From Bacteroidales bacterium (GTDB taxonomy: Bacteria > Bacteroidota > Bacteroidia > Bacteroidales > JAFGHD01), in contig JAFGHD010000002.1 of NCBI GenBank assembly GCA_016939365.1, positions 72,787-136,786 on the forward strand: a stretch of 64,000 bases of DNA, in the 5' to 3' direction. Made by a program: the position numbers and the translations under genes. Shown here piece by piece: positions 26,283 through 35,054 of this stretch. Each line of letters begins with the position of its first letter. Position 1 is the stretch's first letter. Under the pieces are notes generated by a model. That model saw only the letters and a list, made by a program, of their open reading frames with translations, had not been told where the DNA came from and did no database searches.

Positions 26283-26290
26283 TACCTTTG
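26283..26290 (+). promoter_or_regulatory. Candidate -7 promoter motif TACCTTTG upstream of the HTH gene
   Basis: Matches TAnnTTTG, 66 nt upstream of the ATG at 26356. Confidence 0.3.
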
Positions 26291-26355
26291 TAAATCAGGA
26301 AATACAAACCGGAATTTCATCAGTATGACATGCATCAAATGGAAATGACTACCGC

Positions 26356-26730
26356 ATGAGCGATTTCAGGGAACGTATCCGGATGATCATGGAGCATGAA
26401 GGGCTCAATGCCCGTGAGCTGGCAGCCGCACTCGATGTACAGGCCTCCGCTATATCTCATATCCTGTCAGGAAGAAACAATCCCGGGCTTGAGATGGTGC
26501 AAAGGATACTCATCCGATTCCCTGAGATCAGTGCTGACTGGATGATACTTGGCGAAGGCCCCATGACAAAGTATCTCCGGGAACAGCCTGGCCGGAAGGG
26601 GGAAGATGGAACACCCCCTACCCCGGCAATTTCCAGGGTGGAAAAGGATAATGAGGAAGAATCCGTAATGGAAAAAATCGTGATTTTTTACTCTGATGGC
26701 AGGTTCAAATCCTATGATCAGGGCGAATGA
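26356..26730 (+). CDS. Helix-turn-helix (XRE/Cro-C1-type) DNA-binding protein
   Basis: The region LNARELAAALDVQASAISHILSGRNNPGLEMVQRIL is a typical HTH_XRE. The C-terminal half has no recognisable domain. Confidence 0.7.
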   Translation: MSDFRERIRMIMEHEGLNARELAAALDVQASAISHILSGRNNPGLEMVQRILIRFPEISADWMILGEGPMTKYLREQPGRKGEDGTPPTPAISRVEKDNEEESVMEKIVIFYSDGRFKSYDQGE

Positions 26731-26731
26731 C

Positions 26732-26790
26732 ATAAATCCCTCCCTGTTACCTTTCTGGAAACAGGGAGGATCATAAAAGGGATTTATTTT
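26732..26790 (+). terminator. Extended hairpin / terminator between the convergent HTH and ndk genes
   Basis: A perfect 10-bp outer stem pairs ATAAATCCCT (26732-26741) with AGGGATTTAT (26778-26787). An alternative inner stem pairs CCTCCCTGTT (26739-26748) with AACAGGGAGG (26760-26769). TTTT follows. Confidence 0.6.
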
Positions 26791-26806
26791 GGTTTCCCGG
26801 TAATTC

Positions 26807-27226
26807 TCAGAAACGTTCCATCTCTGAAAAGAAGAAGGATGCCTCCACACGGGCATTTTCGTCGCTGTCGGAGCCGTGCACTGCATTCTTCTCGAGGTCT
26901 GTGCCATAAAGGGCGCGAATGGTACCAGGCTCGGCCTTTGCAGGATCGGTGGCCCCGATCAGACGCCGGTATTCATCAACAGCGTTGTCCTTCTGCAAAA
27001 TCGCCGCCACGATCGGCCCGGACGACATAAAAGCAACCAGCGAACCGTAAAATGGCCTTTCACGATGGACGGCATAGAATCTCCCGGCCTGCTCCTCCGA
27101 CATGCGGGTGTATTTCATGGCAACGATCCGGAATCCCGCTTCCTCTATCCGGGTGATGATGGCTCCTGTGTGTCCCTTGCTTACGGCCAGGGGCTTGATC
27201 ATGGTTAGTGTGATGGTACCCGCCAT
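26807..27226 (-). CDS. ndk: Nucleoside-diphosphate kinase
   Basis: [10 protein letters not shown]..., [14 protein letters not shown] and [12 protein letters not shown] (the active-site His context). 139 aa. Confidence 0.93.
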   Translation of the reverse strand: MAGTITLTMIKPLAVSKGHTGAIITRIEEAGFRIVAMKYTRMSEEQAGRFYAVHRERPFYGSLVAFMSSGPIVAAILQKDNAVDEYRRLIGATDPAKAEPGTIRALYGTDLEKNAVHGSDSDENARVEASFFFSEMERF

Positions 27227-27246
27227 AACTTTCCTGATTTAGGGCG

Positions 27247-27254
27247 CAAAAATA
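27247..27254 (-). promoter_or_regulatory. Candidate -7 motif (TATTTTTG on the minus strand) upstream of ndk
   Basis: The plus strand reads CAAAAATA, 21 nt upstream of the ndk start at 27226. Confidence 0.3.
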
Positions 27255-27313
27255 ATATGATCCGTGAGAACATCAAAACGATAAGTTTATGCTATTTTTG
27301 ATGCCCGTTCGAT

Positions 27314-28348
27314 ATGCAAGACCACAATCAACCCGAGTCCATAACGCCCGGTTTTTCAGAAGTTTCAGAACTTATCCGGAAAAACGGTGAAATCTGCATC
27401 ATCACCCATCATAATCCGGACGGGGATGCCATCGGGTCAGTCCTGGCTCTTTACCATTTTGTTAAAAAGAGGGGAAAGAATGTCTGCGTCATTGTCCCCA
27501 ACGGGTTTCCGCGATTCCTGAGCTGGCTTCCGGGTAGCGAACTGATCCTGTTGTATGACAGGCAAAAGGAACTGTGCGATTCAAGGATCCATTCCGCAGG
27601 GCTGATATTTGCCCTGGATCTCAACAACCCGAAAAGACTGGAAAAAGCCTGCGACGCGTTTTGTGAATCCGCTGCAAAGAAGGTTCTTATTGACCACCAC
27701 CTGGATCCGGAACGCAAATGGTTCGATGTCGTCATCTCTGCTTCTGAAACCTCATCGACAGCCGAGATGGTTTATGATTTCATGAAGTCGGACGATCCCG
27801 GCCTGCTTGACCGCGAAATCGCACTGGCCCTTTTTACCGGTATCATGACCGATACAGGGTCATTCAGCTACAACTGCAATTATTCAAGAACTTACAGGAT
27901 TGTGGCTGAACTGATCGATCTGGGTATTGATGCCGTGGATGTGCACCAGAGGGTGTATGACACATTTTCAGAAGACAGGCTGAGATTGCTGGGATATTGC
28001 CTGAGCCGCAAGCTGACGGTGATCCCCGAATACCGGACGGCCTATATCACCCTTACAAGAGAGGAACTGAAAGCACATCATCACCGGACCGGCGATACAG
28101 AAGGCATCGTTAACTATGCATTATCAATTGAGGGGATACGCCTGGCTGCCCTGTTTACCGAAAAGGAGGATAGGATCCGGATATCATTCCGTTCCCGTGG
28201 TGAGTTCTCGGTAAATGATCTTGCACGCAGGCATTTCCTCGGAGGAGGGCATAAAAATGCAGCCGGCGGCGATTCATACGGATCAATGGAGGAAACCGTT
28301 GAACGGTTCAGAAGCTTATTAAAGAAGTATCATTCCCTGTTGAAATGA
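27314..28348 (+). CDS. nrnA: DHH-family phosphoesterase (NrnA-like bifunctional oligoribonuclease/pAp phosphatase)
   Basis: ITHHNPDGDAIGS, the DHH motif (LIDHH), and the DHHA1 motif GGGHKNAAGG near the C-terminus. Confidence 0.8.
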   Translation: MQDHNQPESITPGFSEVSELIRKNGEICIITHHNPDGDAIGSVLALYHFVKKRGKNVCVIVPNGFPRFLSWLPGSELILLYDRQKELCDSRIHSAGLIFALDLNNPKRLEKACDAFCESAAKKVLIDHHLDPERKWFDVVISASETSSTAEMVYDFMKSDDPGLLDREIALALFTGIMTDTGSFSYNCNYSRTYRIVAELIDLGIDAVDVHQRVYDTFSEDRLRLLGYCLSRKLTVIPEYRTAYITLTREELKAHHHRTGDTEGIVNYALSIEGIRLAALFTEKEDRIRISFRSRGEFSVNDLARRHFLGGGHKNAAGGDSYGSMEETVERFRSLLKKYHSLLK

Positions 28349-28917
28349 AAGGAAAGGTGACATATCGCCTACTCCGTTTTCCGACGCTTTTGCTGCCGAC
28401 CCTGCTTCTGATGGCTTGCCCCGTCATGCAGGAAGAAGTGCCCTCTTCAGAAGACTCCGGAGCGGATTGGGAGGAACACAGGTTGGATGCTAACAGAGAG
28501 CTTGTGAAAATTGAAAAGGAACACATCGAATCCTATATTTCCAGATACGGTTGGGAAATGTTCCAGACCGGGAGCGGCTTGCGTTATATGGTTTACCGTG
28601 ACATTGACGGTCAACGGATTATCCCGGGAAGTACCGTACATATTTCTTTCACCATGGAACTTCTGACGGGAGAACAGGTGGGAGCTTCAAACATCAGAAA
28701 GCATGACACCTTGAGGATTGGTCATTCCATGCTGCCTGTCGGTTTGGAGGAAGCCCTGATGCTCCTGAACACCGGGGATAAGGCCAGGGTGATCCTGCCA
28801 TCCCACCTGGCATACGGTATGACAGGCGACCCGGACAAAGGCATCCCATCCATGGCTTCCCTGGTGTGCGATGTGGAAGTGATAGAACTTATTGATAAAC
28901 CTGATAAAACAAAATGA
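28345..28917 (+). CDS. FKBP-type peptidyl-prolyl cis-trans isomerase (probable lipoprotein)
   Basis: Lipoprotein-like signal LLPTLLLMACP. FKBP core GSGLRYMVYRDIDGQRIIPGSTVHISF...ARVILPSHLAYG. An ATGA overlap couples it to nrnA. Confidence 0.75.
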   Translation: MKGKVTYRLLRFPTLLLPTLLLMACPVMQEEVPSSEDSGADWEEHRLDANRELVKIEKEHIESYISRYGWEMFQTGSGLRYMVYRDIDGQRIIPGSTVHISFTMELLTGEQVGASNIRKHDTLRIGHSMLPVGLEEALMLLNTGDKARVILPSHLAYGMTGDPDKGIPSMASLVCDVEVIELIDKPDKTK

Positions 28918-28918
28918 A

Positions 28919-29617
28919 ATGAGAAACAAAACTATTCTGGCCGCATCAATCGTAGTGATCTTTGCGGCATTTGCCTGCACGCCTGGCAACAAGGAGATCA
29001 GCGATGTGCCGATCATCACGGAGATTGACAGTGTATCCTATGCCCTGGGGGTTGATGTGGGATCGAACATAAAGAAATCCGGATTCCCCGAGATCAATCC
29101 CGAGGCCGTGGCCAAGGGTTTTGCAGATGTTTTTGCAGAGAAAAAGCTTCTGATGGAACCCATGGACGCACAGGTTTACGTCAGAGCTTATTATGACGGG
29201 TTGATGAAGATGAAGAGTGAGAAGAACCTGAATGAATCACGCGATTTTCTTGAAGAAAACAAGGGCAAGGAAGGTGTGATCACAACCGAAAGCGGCCTTC
29301 AGTATAAGGTGGTTGAGCAGGGCAGCGGGCCCATACCCGGGCTTACGGATCAGGTAAAGGTGGCATACAGGGGCACCCTGATCGACGGCAGGGAGTTTGA
29401 CGCGGCTGATGAAAGCAGCCCCGTCACCATGCGTGTGAACGGAGTGATCCGCGGTTGGACAGAAGCATTGCAGATGATGCCGGTCGGCTCGAAATGGATT
29501 CTCTTTATCCCTCCCGACCTTGCCTATGGTGAGAGCCCCAGGCGCGGCAGCATCATTGAGGCCAACCACGCTTTGATCTTTGAAATCAAACTGATTGAAA
29601 TCGTGCCACAGAAATAA
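28919..29617 (+). CDS. FKBP-type peptidyl-prolyl isomerase, FklB/Mip-like (FKBP_N + FKBP_C)
   Basis: SGLQYKVVEQGSGPIPGLTDQVKVAYRGTLIDGREFD...VIRGWTEALQMMPVGSKWILFIPPDLAYG. ATG at 28919, 1 nt after the previous stop. Confidence 0.85.
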   Translation: MRNKTILAASIVVIFAAFACTPGNKEISDVPIITEIDSVSYALGVDVGSNIKKSGFPEINPEAVAKGFADVFAEKKLLMEPMDAQVYVRAYYDGLMKMKSEKNLNESRDFLEENKGKEGVITTESGLQYKVVEQGSGPIPGLTDQVKVAYRGTLIDGREFDAADESSPVTMRVNGVIRGWTEALQMMPVGSKWILFIPPDLAYGESPRRGSIIEANHALIFEIKLIEIVPQK

Positions 29618-29662
29618 CCGGAAGAGTCTGTCCCAACATCCCTTTCATTCCAAATCTTCGTT

Positions 29663-30853
29663 ATGAATCTGCATGAATATCAGGGTAAATCGCTGCTCAG
29701 ACAATTTGGTGTGACCGTACCGGAAGGAATTGTGGCCTTCACTCCTGCCGAGGCGGCGGATGCCGCCAAGGAGCTCCATGCCCGAACCGGCACGTTAAAA
29801 ATCGCCATCAAGGCACAGGTTCATGCCGGGGGACGGGGAAAGGGAGGTGGTGTCAAAATTGCCGGCAATATCGATGAGGTACGTCTCTTTGCAGAGCAGA
29901 TCATCGGCATGAAGCTTGTGACCCCACAAACCGGAACCGAAGGCAAGCTGGTCAGGAAGGTACTGGTTGAAGAAAATATATACTGCCCGGGGCCTTCCGA
30001 CATCCGGGAGTTCTACATGAGTATCCTGCTCAACAGGGAGACCTGTAAGAACATGATCGTATATTCTCCGAAAGGAGGAATGGACATTGAACAGGTGGCT
30101 GCTGAGGCCCCGGAGTTCATCTTCCGGGAGGAGATCGATCCCACACTGGGATTGCAGGGTTTTCAATGCAGACGGATCGCTTTCAACCTGGGGCTGAGCG
30201 GCCAGGCCTACAAATGCATGATACGGTTTGTGGATGCCCTGTACAAGGCTTACCTGGGTACCGATGCTTCCCTCTTTGAGATCAACCCCGTGATCAAAAC
30301 GGCGGATGACCGGATCATCGCCGCTGACTCCAAGGTGGTGATCGACAACAACGCACTGGTCAGACATCCGGAGATTATTGAGATGAGGGATCTGGATGAG
30401 GAGGATCCCATCGAGGTGGAAGCAGGTAAATTCGACCTGAATTATGTCAAACTCTCCGGAAATGTGGGATGTATGGTGAACGGTGCCGGCCTGGCTATGG
30501 CCACCATGGACATCATCAAATTATACGGCGGTGAACCGGCCAATTTCCTCGATGTCGGGGGATCGGCAGATTCCAAACGGGTGGAGGAAGCCTTCAGGAT
30601 TATCCTGAAAGATCCCAATGTGAAGTCCGTACTCATTAATATCTTCGGCGGAATAGTGAGGTGCGACAGTGTTGCCCAGGGGATCATTGATGCCTACCGG
30701 AAAGTGGGAATGGTGCAGGTACCTGTTGTTGTCCGGCTTCAGGGCACCAACGCCCGGGAGGGAAAAGAACTCCTGGACCGCTCAGGGCTCAAGGTGCATT
30801 CGGTGATACGGCTGCACGAAGCTGCCGAGATGATTTCATCCATCCTGTCCTGA
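29663..30853 (+). CDS. sucC: Succinate--CoA ligase (ADP-forming) beta subunit
   Basis: MNLHEYQGKSLLRQFGVTVPEG, GGRGKGGGVK, NIFGGIVRCD. 396 aa. No sucD is adjacent. Confidence 0.93.
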   Translation: MNLHEYQGKSLLRQFGVTVPEGIVAFTPAEAADAAKELHARTGTLKIAIKAQVHAGGRGKGGGVKIAGNIDEVRLFAEQIIGMKLVTPQTGTEGKLVRKVLVEENIYCPGPSDIREFYMSILLNRETCKNMIVYSPKGGMDIEQVAAEAPEFIFREEIDPTLGLQGFQCRRIAFNLGLSGQAYKCMIRFVDALYKAYLGTDASLFEINPVIKTADDRIIAADSKVVIDNNALVRHPEIIEMRDLDEEDPIEVEAGKFDLNYVKLSGNVGCMVNGAGLAMATMDIIKLYGGEPANFLDVGGSADSKRVEEAFRIILKDPNVKSVLINIFGGIVRCDSVAQGIIDAYRKVGMVQVPVVVRLQGTNAREGKELLDRSGLKVHSVIRLHEAAEMISSILS

Positions 30854-30867
30854 TCGCTGGGCAGGCC

Positions 30868-31755
30868 TCAGGGTACGATGACATCAAGCGAACCCGGTTC
30901 AATACTCACTTTCAGGAGCTTGCCGAGTTTTACAGGATCACCGTCAATGTTGCAGTTCCTGTTCCTTCCCATTTTCAGAATGACTTCAGGCGACTGCATC
31001 ACCTCGATATACCGTGAACGTTCGATGGTGCCGGAATACATCATCCCTGCCAGCAAAGGCAGCTGTAGCATGGGAGGTTTCCTGAGAATACAGATGTCAA
31101 GCAGCCCGTCATCCACGCGGGCGTGGGGAGCAATGGTAGTGTTGTAACCAAACTGATCGGAGTTGGCAAAAGTGATCAGAAGGGCGCGTGTACGTATGGT
31201 ACGCCCGTTCACTTCAAGGCGGTATTTTTTTTGTCTGTACCTGGGATAGATGGTCAGGGCGATTCTCAGATATCCGAAAAATCCTCTGATCCTGCTCCGG
31301 GCGAAACGGCTGGCGATCGCTGCATCAAATCCCACACCTGCCAGGTTTACAAAGAGCCGGCCATTCACGAGTCCGGTATCGATCTTTCTCGTCCTGCCGT
31401 TTTGAATGACCTCAAGCGCCCTGGCCAGCTGTAAAGGTATGCCCAGATGCCGTGCCAGTCCGTTTCCCGAACCTGCAGGTACAATACCCATTTTCGCTCC
31501 TGTACCCCTCACCACCGATGCGACAAGGTTAACGGTACCATCGCCGCCTACAGCAATAAGGGTGCGGAATCCCTCCTCTATGGATCTGCGGCATACCTCC
31601 CGGACATCCCTCGTGCCGGACAACAAATGAAAACTGGTATCAAAACGGCTGCTGTCGACCAAACTGCGGATCTGAGATGCAAGATGATACCTGTCTCCCA
31701 CCCCGGCCCCGGGATTGACAATGAACATCAGCCGCTCCCTCTCTATCCGGATCAT
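30868..31755 (-). CDS. Diacylglycerol-kinase-family lipid kinase (YegS/BmrU-like)
   Basis: FIVNPGAGVG, AVGGDGTVNLVAS and GIVPAGSGNGLARHLGIP are DAGK catalytic-domain motifs. Confidence 0.8.
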   Translation of the reverse strand: MIRIERERLMFIVNPGAGVGDRYHLASQIRSLVDSSRFDTSFHLLSGTRDVREVCRRSIEEGFRTLIAVGGDGTVNLVASVVRGTGAKMGIVPAGSGNGLARHLGIPLQLARALEVIQNGRTRKIDTGLVNGRLFVNLAGVGFDAAIASRFARSRIRGFFGYLRIALTIYPRYRQKKYRLEVNGRTIRTRALLITFANSDQFGYNTTIAPHARVDDGLLDICILRKPPMLQLPLLAGMMYSGTIERSRYIEVMQSPEVILKMGRNRNCNIDGDPVKLGKLLKVSIEPGSLDVIVP

Positions 31756-31772
31756 ATATACCGATCAGGCCT

Positions 31773-32102
31773 TCATTTACAGAAAATAACCTTGACGACC
31801 CGGGTAGCCTCTGCGTCATTTCCGGCTTCATCACTGACCGTGTAGACCACCCTGAAAGTGCCTGTATCTGCAGTATTGACCGGATTGTTCGCCTGTATCC
31901 GGCCGGTGATGTCTCCATCTTCATCATCATAAGCCGTGGCGCCCGGATCGGCATAGGGCATCCCCACGCATTGGTTAAACGGATTATTGCCCATAATGGT
32001 GATCACCGGCGGGGTTTTGTCCTGAGAGCAACCCAGAACGGAAAACATGAACAGCAGGGTCAGCATCAAATCCCACATCCGTCGTGTTCTGTTTCTCATC
32101 AT
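31773..32102 (-). CDS. Small lipoprotein with a DUF5011-type Ig-like domain
   Basis: Signal LTLLFMFSVLGCSQD. PPVITIMGNNP...YADPGATAYDDEDGDITGRI...GTFRVVYTVSDEAGN matches the DUF5011 pattern. Confidence 0.65.
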   Translation of the reverse strand: MMRNRTRRMWDLMLTLLFMFSVLGCSQDKTPPVITIMGNNPFNQCVGMPYADPGATAYDDEDGDITGRIQANNPVNTADTGTFRVVYTVSDEAGNDAEATRVVKVIFCK

Positions 32103-32170
32103 AACTTTTGTTTTATTTACAGACGATCCTCGTTTTTTTCTCTAAAACCCCATCACAAATATAACGTTTG

Positions 32171-32178
32171 TACTTTTG
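32171..32178 (+). promoter_or_regulatory. Candidate -7 promoter motif TACTTTTG upstream of citD-citE
   Basis: Matches TAnnTTTG, 27 nt upstream of the ATG at 32205. Confidence 0.35.
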
Positions 32179-32204
32179 ATCCGGTAATTTCAATCGAAAG
32201 ACAC

Positions 32205-33440
32205 ATGGAGAAAAAAGCCAGTGCCGGAAACCGGGGTGAAGGGGTCCGGTCAGATTGTCACATCACCTGCGAAATCAGGGAAGTGGGAGGCATCGAGTTA
32301 AAGCTGCAAAGCCGGGTAAATGCATTATTCGGGGAGGACATCAGGAATCAGGTCAACGCTATCCTTGATTTTTACGGTGTAAGGCATGCACGGATCGAAG
32401 TTGAGGATACGGGTGCCCTGCCTTTTGTCATTGCTGCCAGGATGGAGGCGGTATTGAGGACTCTCACAGGATCGGACAGGGAATATCTGCCCGCGATGTT
32501 ACCGGAGAACAGGTTTGAGACCGAAAGGGACCGGTTCCGTTTCTCAAGGCTCTATCTTCCGGGCAATACCCCGCGCCTGATGATCAATGCAGGCATACAC
32601 AAGCCTCACGGTATTATTCTTGACCTGGAGGATGCGGTGGCAGCCGACCGCAAGTACGAAGCCCGGTTTGTGGTAAGGAATGCGTTGAGGCAACTCAATT
32701 TCTATGGTGCAGAGCGTATGGTACGGATCAACCAGGTTCCTGCAGGGCTTGAAGATATTGAATATGTTGCCCCGCATTACGTGAACCTGATATTGATCCC
32801 CAAGTGCGAGAGCGCCCTGCAGCTCCGTATGGTCAACGACGCCATTGAGGAAATCCGAAGGAAAAGGGAGGTACCATGCAGGATATGGCTGATGCCCATC
32901 ATTGAAAGCGCTTTGGGCGTTTTAAAGGCACATGAGATCGCTTCGGCTGCGGACAATGTAGTTGCCATTGCCATCGGCCTGGAAGATTACACGGCCGACC
33001 TGGGAACACGCCGCAGCCAGGAGGGAATGGAATCGTTCATGGCACGCTCCATGGTGGTCAACGCAGCAAGGGCAGCCGGTATTCAAGCCATTGATTCCGT
33101 GTTTTCCGACATCTCGGATATGGAAGCCCTGAAACAAAATATCAAAGTAAGCAAGTCCCTCGGATTCGATGGAATGGGATGCATCCATCCACGCCAGATA
33201 AAGGTGATCCACGAAAACTATGCCCCCGATGCGGCTGAAATAGAAAAAGCCATGAAAATCACGGATGCATTCATAAAGGCAACCCAACAGGGCCTGGGTG
33301 TGGTCTCTCTGGGAAGTAAAATGATAGATCCCCCGGTGGTCAAACGCGCACAGAGAACGATCAACCTGGCCGTTTCACTGGGCCTTCTGCCTGAGAACTG
33401 GCAAGAACAGATGATTGCACAAACGGAATCCAAACAATAA
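32205..33440 (+). CDS. citE: Fusion of citrate lyase acyl carrier protein (CitD, gamma) with citryl-CoA lyase (CitE, beta)
   Basis: The N-terminal ~95 aa are CitD-like (KASAGNRGEGVRSDCHIT..., VEDTGALPFVIAARMEAVLRTL). The rest is HpcH/CitE-like (RFSRLYLPGNTPRLMINAGIHKPHGIILDLEDAVA..., PKCESA, GFDGMGCIHPRQI). I set the start at the ATG at 32205. The track ORF begins at 31971 and overlaps the divergent upstream gene. Confidence 0.8.
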   Translation: MEKKASAGNRGEGVRSDCHITCEIREVGGIELKLQSRVNALFGEDIRNQVNAILDFYGVRHARIEVEDTGALPFVIAARMEAVLRTLTGSDREYLPAMLPENRFETERDRFRFSRLYLPGNTPRLMINAGIHKPHGIILDLEDAVAADRKYEARFVVRNALRQLNFYGAERMVRINQVPAGLEDIEYVAPHYVNLILIPKCESALQLRMVNDAIEEIRRKREVPCRIWLMPIIESALGVLKAHEIASAADNVVAIAIGLEDYTADLGTRRSQEGMESFMARSMVVNAARAAGIQAIDSVFSDISDMEALKQNIKVSKSLGFDGMGCIHPRQIKVIHENYAPDAAEIEKAMKITDAFIKATQQGLGVVSLGSKMIDPPVVKRAQRTINLAVSLGLLPENWQEQMIAQTESKQ

Positions 33441-33452
33441 AAAGCCTGATTC

Positions 33453-35015
33453 ATGAAGAAATATGACCACCTGACCAGGAATGCCGCCGGAAGAATAGTA
33501 CCGGGAGAGATCAACGGAGAAAAGCATATTCCTTACAAGGGTGTGGGGAAACATATCCCTGACGGCCGGAAGTTTGCTCCCCGGATATATTCATGTGCGG
33601 ACTATCCTCCGGATGGGAACAAGCTGGTGCCTGATCTGAAGGAAGCCCTTATCCGTGCCGGCATCAGGGATGGTATGACCATTTCCACGCATCACCATTT
33701 CCGCGATGGGGACCTCATTGCCAATCAGGTTTTTGATGCCGCTCACGAACTGGGAATCAAAAGCCTGCGCTGGTTTCCCTCAGCTTCATTCCCCTGTCAT
33801 CAGCATGTGATCAAATATCTTGAAGACGGAACGATACATCATATCGAAGGAAGCATGAACGGTGCCCTGGGCAGGTTCTGTTCAGAGGGAAGGATGCAGG
33901 GCATGGGAGTGCTCCGTTCCCATGGTGGACGGTATCAATCGGTACAGGACGGTGAAGTGCGGATCGACATCGCAGTGATCGCAGCACCCACCGCAGACCC
34001 TTTCGGAAACGCCAATGGTGTGGAAGGGCCGGCAGCCTGCGGATTGCTCGGATTTGCCCTGGCCGACTCGCAGTATGCCGACCGTGTCATCGTGGTTACT
34101 GACAATCTGGTGCCTTTCCCCTGCATCCCCTGGCAGATACACGGGAATTATGTGGATTTCGTGGTAAAGGTGGACCAGGTGGGAATCCCCGAAAAGATCG
34201 TATCGGGTACCACTCAGATCACCCGGAGCCCTGACAGGCTTTACATCGCCGAGCTGACCGCACGTTTCTGCGATGAAGCAGGCATCATCCGCGACGGCTT
34301 TTCTTATCAGGCCGGCGCCGGAGGCACAGCCCTCTCCATCGGTAACTATTTCCGCGACATCCTCAGGAAAAGAGGATGGAAAGCCCGGTTTATCCGCGCG
34401 GGCTCAAACAAATACCCGGTCGAGATGCTCGAGGAAGGACTGGTGGATTATATCCTTGACGGCCAGACCTTCGACCTTGAGGGAGTACGCTCCATGAGGG
34501 AGAACCCGAATCATGTCAACACCAGCCCGTTTACCAGCTACAACTACCATGGCAAGGGCAATTTTGCCACCATGGTGGATGTCGTGATCCTGGGAGCCAC
34601 GGAGGTCGACCTGCAATTCAACGGAAATGTGGTCACCCATTCCGACGGATACCTGCTTCACGGCATCGGCGGCTGGCAGAACTGCCTCTTCTCCAGATGC
34701 ACCATACTTCCGATCCCCCTGTTCCGGGACCGTATCCCGGTGATCAGGGACAAGGTGACCACCCTTTGCGGCCCGGGAGAATTGATCGATGTGATCGTCA
34801 CGGAAAGGGGCATCGCCATCAATCCCCTGAGGACTGACCTGATCGAAAAAATGAATGGCTCCGGCCTGCCCGTCAAAACGATAGATCAGCTCAAGGATGA
34901 GGCGGAAAAGATATGCGGAAAGCCCTCCAGCCCCGAGCTGGATGATGAACTGGTGGCAGTGGTCAAATGGGTGGATGGCACGGTACTCGACGCTATCAGG
35001 AAGGTACCCGTCTGA
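33453..35015 (+). CDS. citF: Citrate lyase alpha subunit (citrate CoA-transferase)
   Basis: 520 aa. Overall CitF-like sequence (…TISTHHHFRDGD…, GGRYQSVQDGEVRIDIAVIAAPTADPFGNANG, GATEVDLQFNGNVVT). It lies directly after citDE. Confidence 0.85.
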   Translation: MKKYDHLTRNAAGRIVPGEINGEKHIPYKGVGKHIPDGRKFAPRIYSCADYPPDGNKLVPDLKEALIRAGIRDGMTISTHHHFRDGDLIANQVFDAAHELGIKSLRWFPSASFPCHQHVIKYLEDGTIHHIEGSMNGALGRFCSEGRMQGMGVLRSHGGRYQSVQDGEVRIDIAVIAAPTADPFGNANGVEGPAACGLLGFALADSQYADRVIVVTDNLVPFPCIPWQIHGNYVDFVVKVDQVGIPEKIVSGTTQITRSPDRLYIAELTARFCDEAGIIRDGFSYQAGAGGTALSIGNYFRDILRKRGWKARFIRAGSNKYPVEMLEEGLVDYILDGQTFDLEGVRSMRENPNHVNTSPFTSYNYHGKGNFATMVDVVILGATEVDLQFNGNVVTHSDGYLLHGIGGWQNCLFSRCTILPIPLFRDRIPVIRDKVTTLCGPGELIDVIVTERGIAINPLRTDLIEKMNGSGLPVKTIDQLKDEAEKICGKPSSPELDDELVAVVKWVDGTVLDAIRKVPV

Positions 35016-35054
35016 ATGTCATGGCATCTGATGATGCCCTGAAGAAGGATGTGA

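Larger units (their letters stand above)
25587..26355. other. 769-bp AT-rich, ORF-free intergenic island between the giant surface-protein gene (divergent, minus) and an HTH regulator gene (plus)
   Basis: No ORF of 60 aa or more on any frame. Lines 25921-25980 and 25981-26040 each count 10/60 G+C (17%), against 32/60 (53%) for coding line 25441-25500. Confidence 0.9.

Noticed and set aside
25587-26355. Replication origin (oriC) hypothesis for the AT-rich island.
   Set aside because: I found no perfect DnaA box (TTATCCACA or TGTGGATAA), only 6-7/9 matches (for example TTACACACA, TTATCCGAA, TGTGGAGGT). There is no dnaA or dnaN nearby. This cannot be excluded without GC-skew analysis of the whole replicon.
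31971-32204. The 78-codon N-terminal extension of the citD-citE ORF given in the ORF track.
   Set aside because: It overlaps the divergent DUF5011 gene and the promoter region, and its sequence is not protein-like. The CitD homology starts at the ATG at 32205, which a TAnnTTTG motif precedes.
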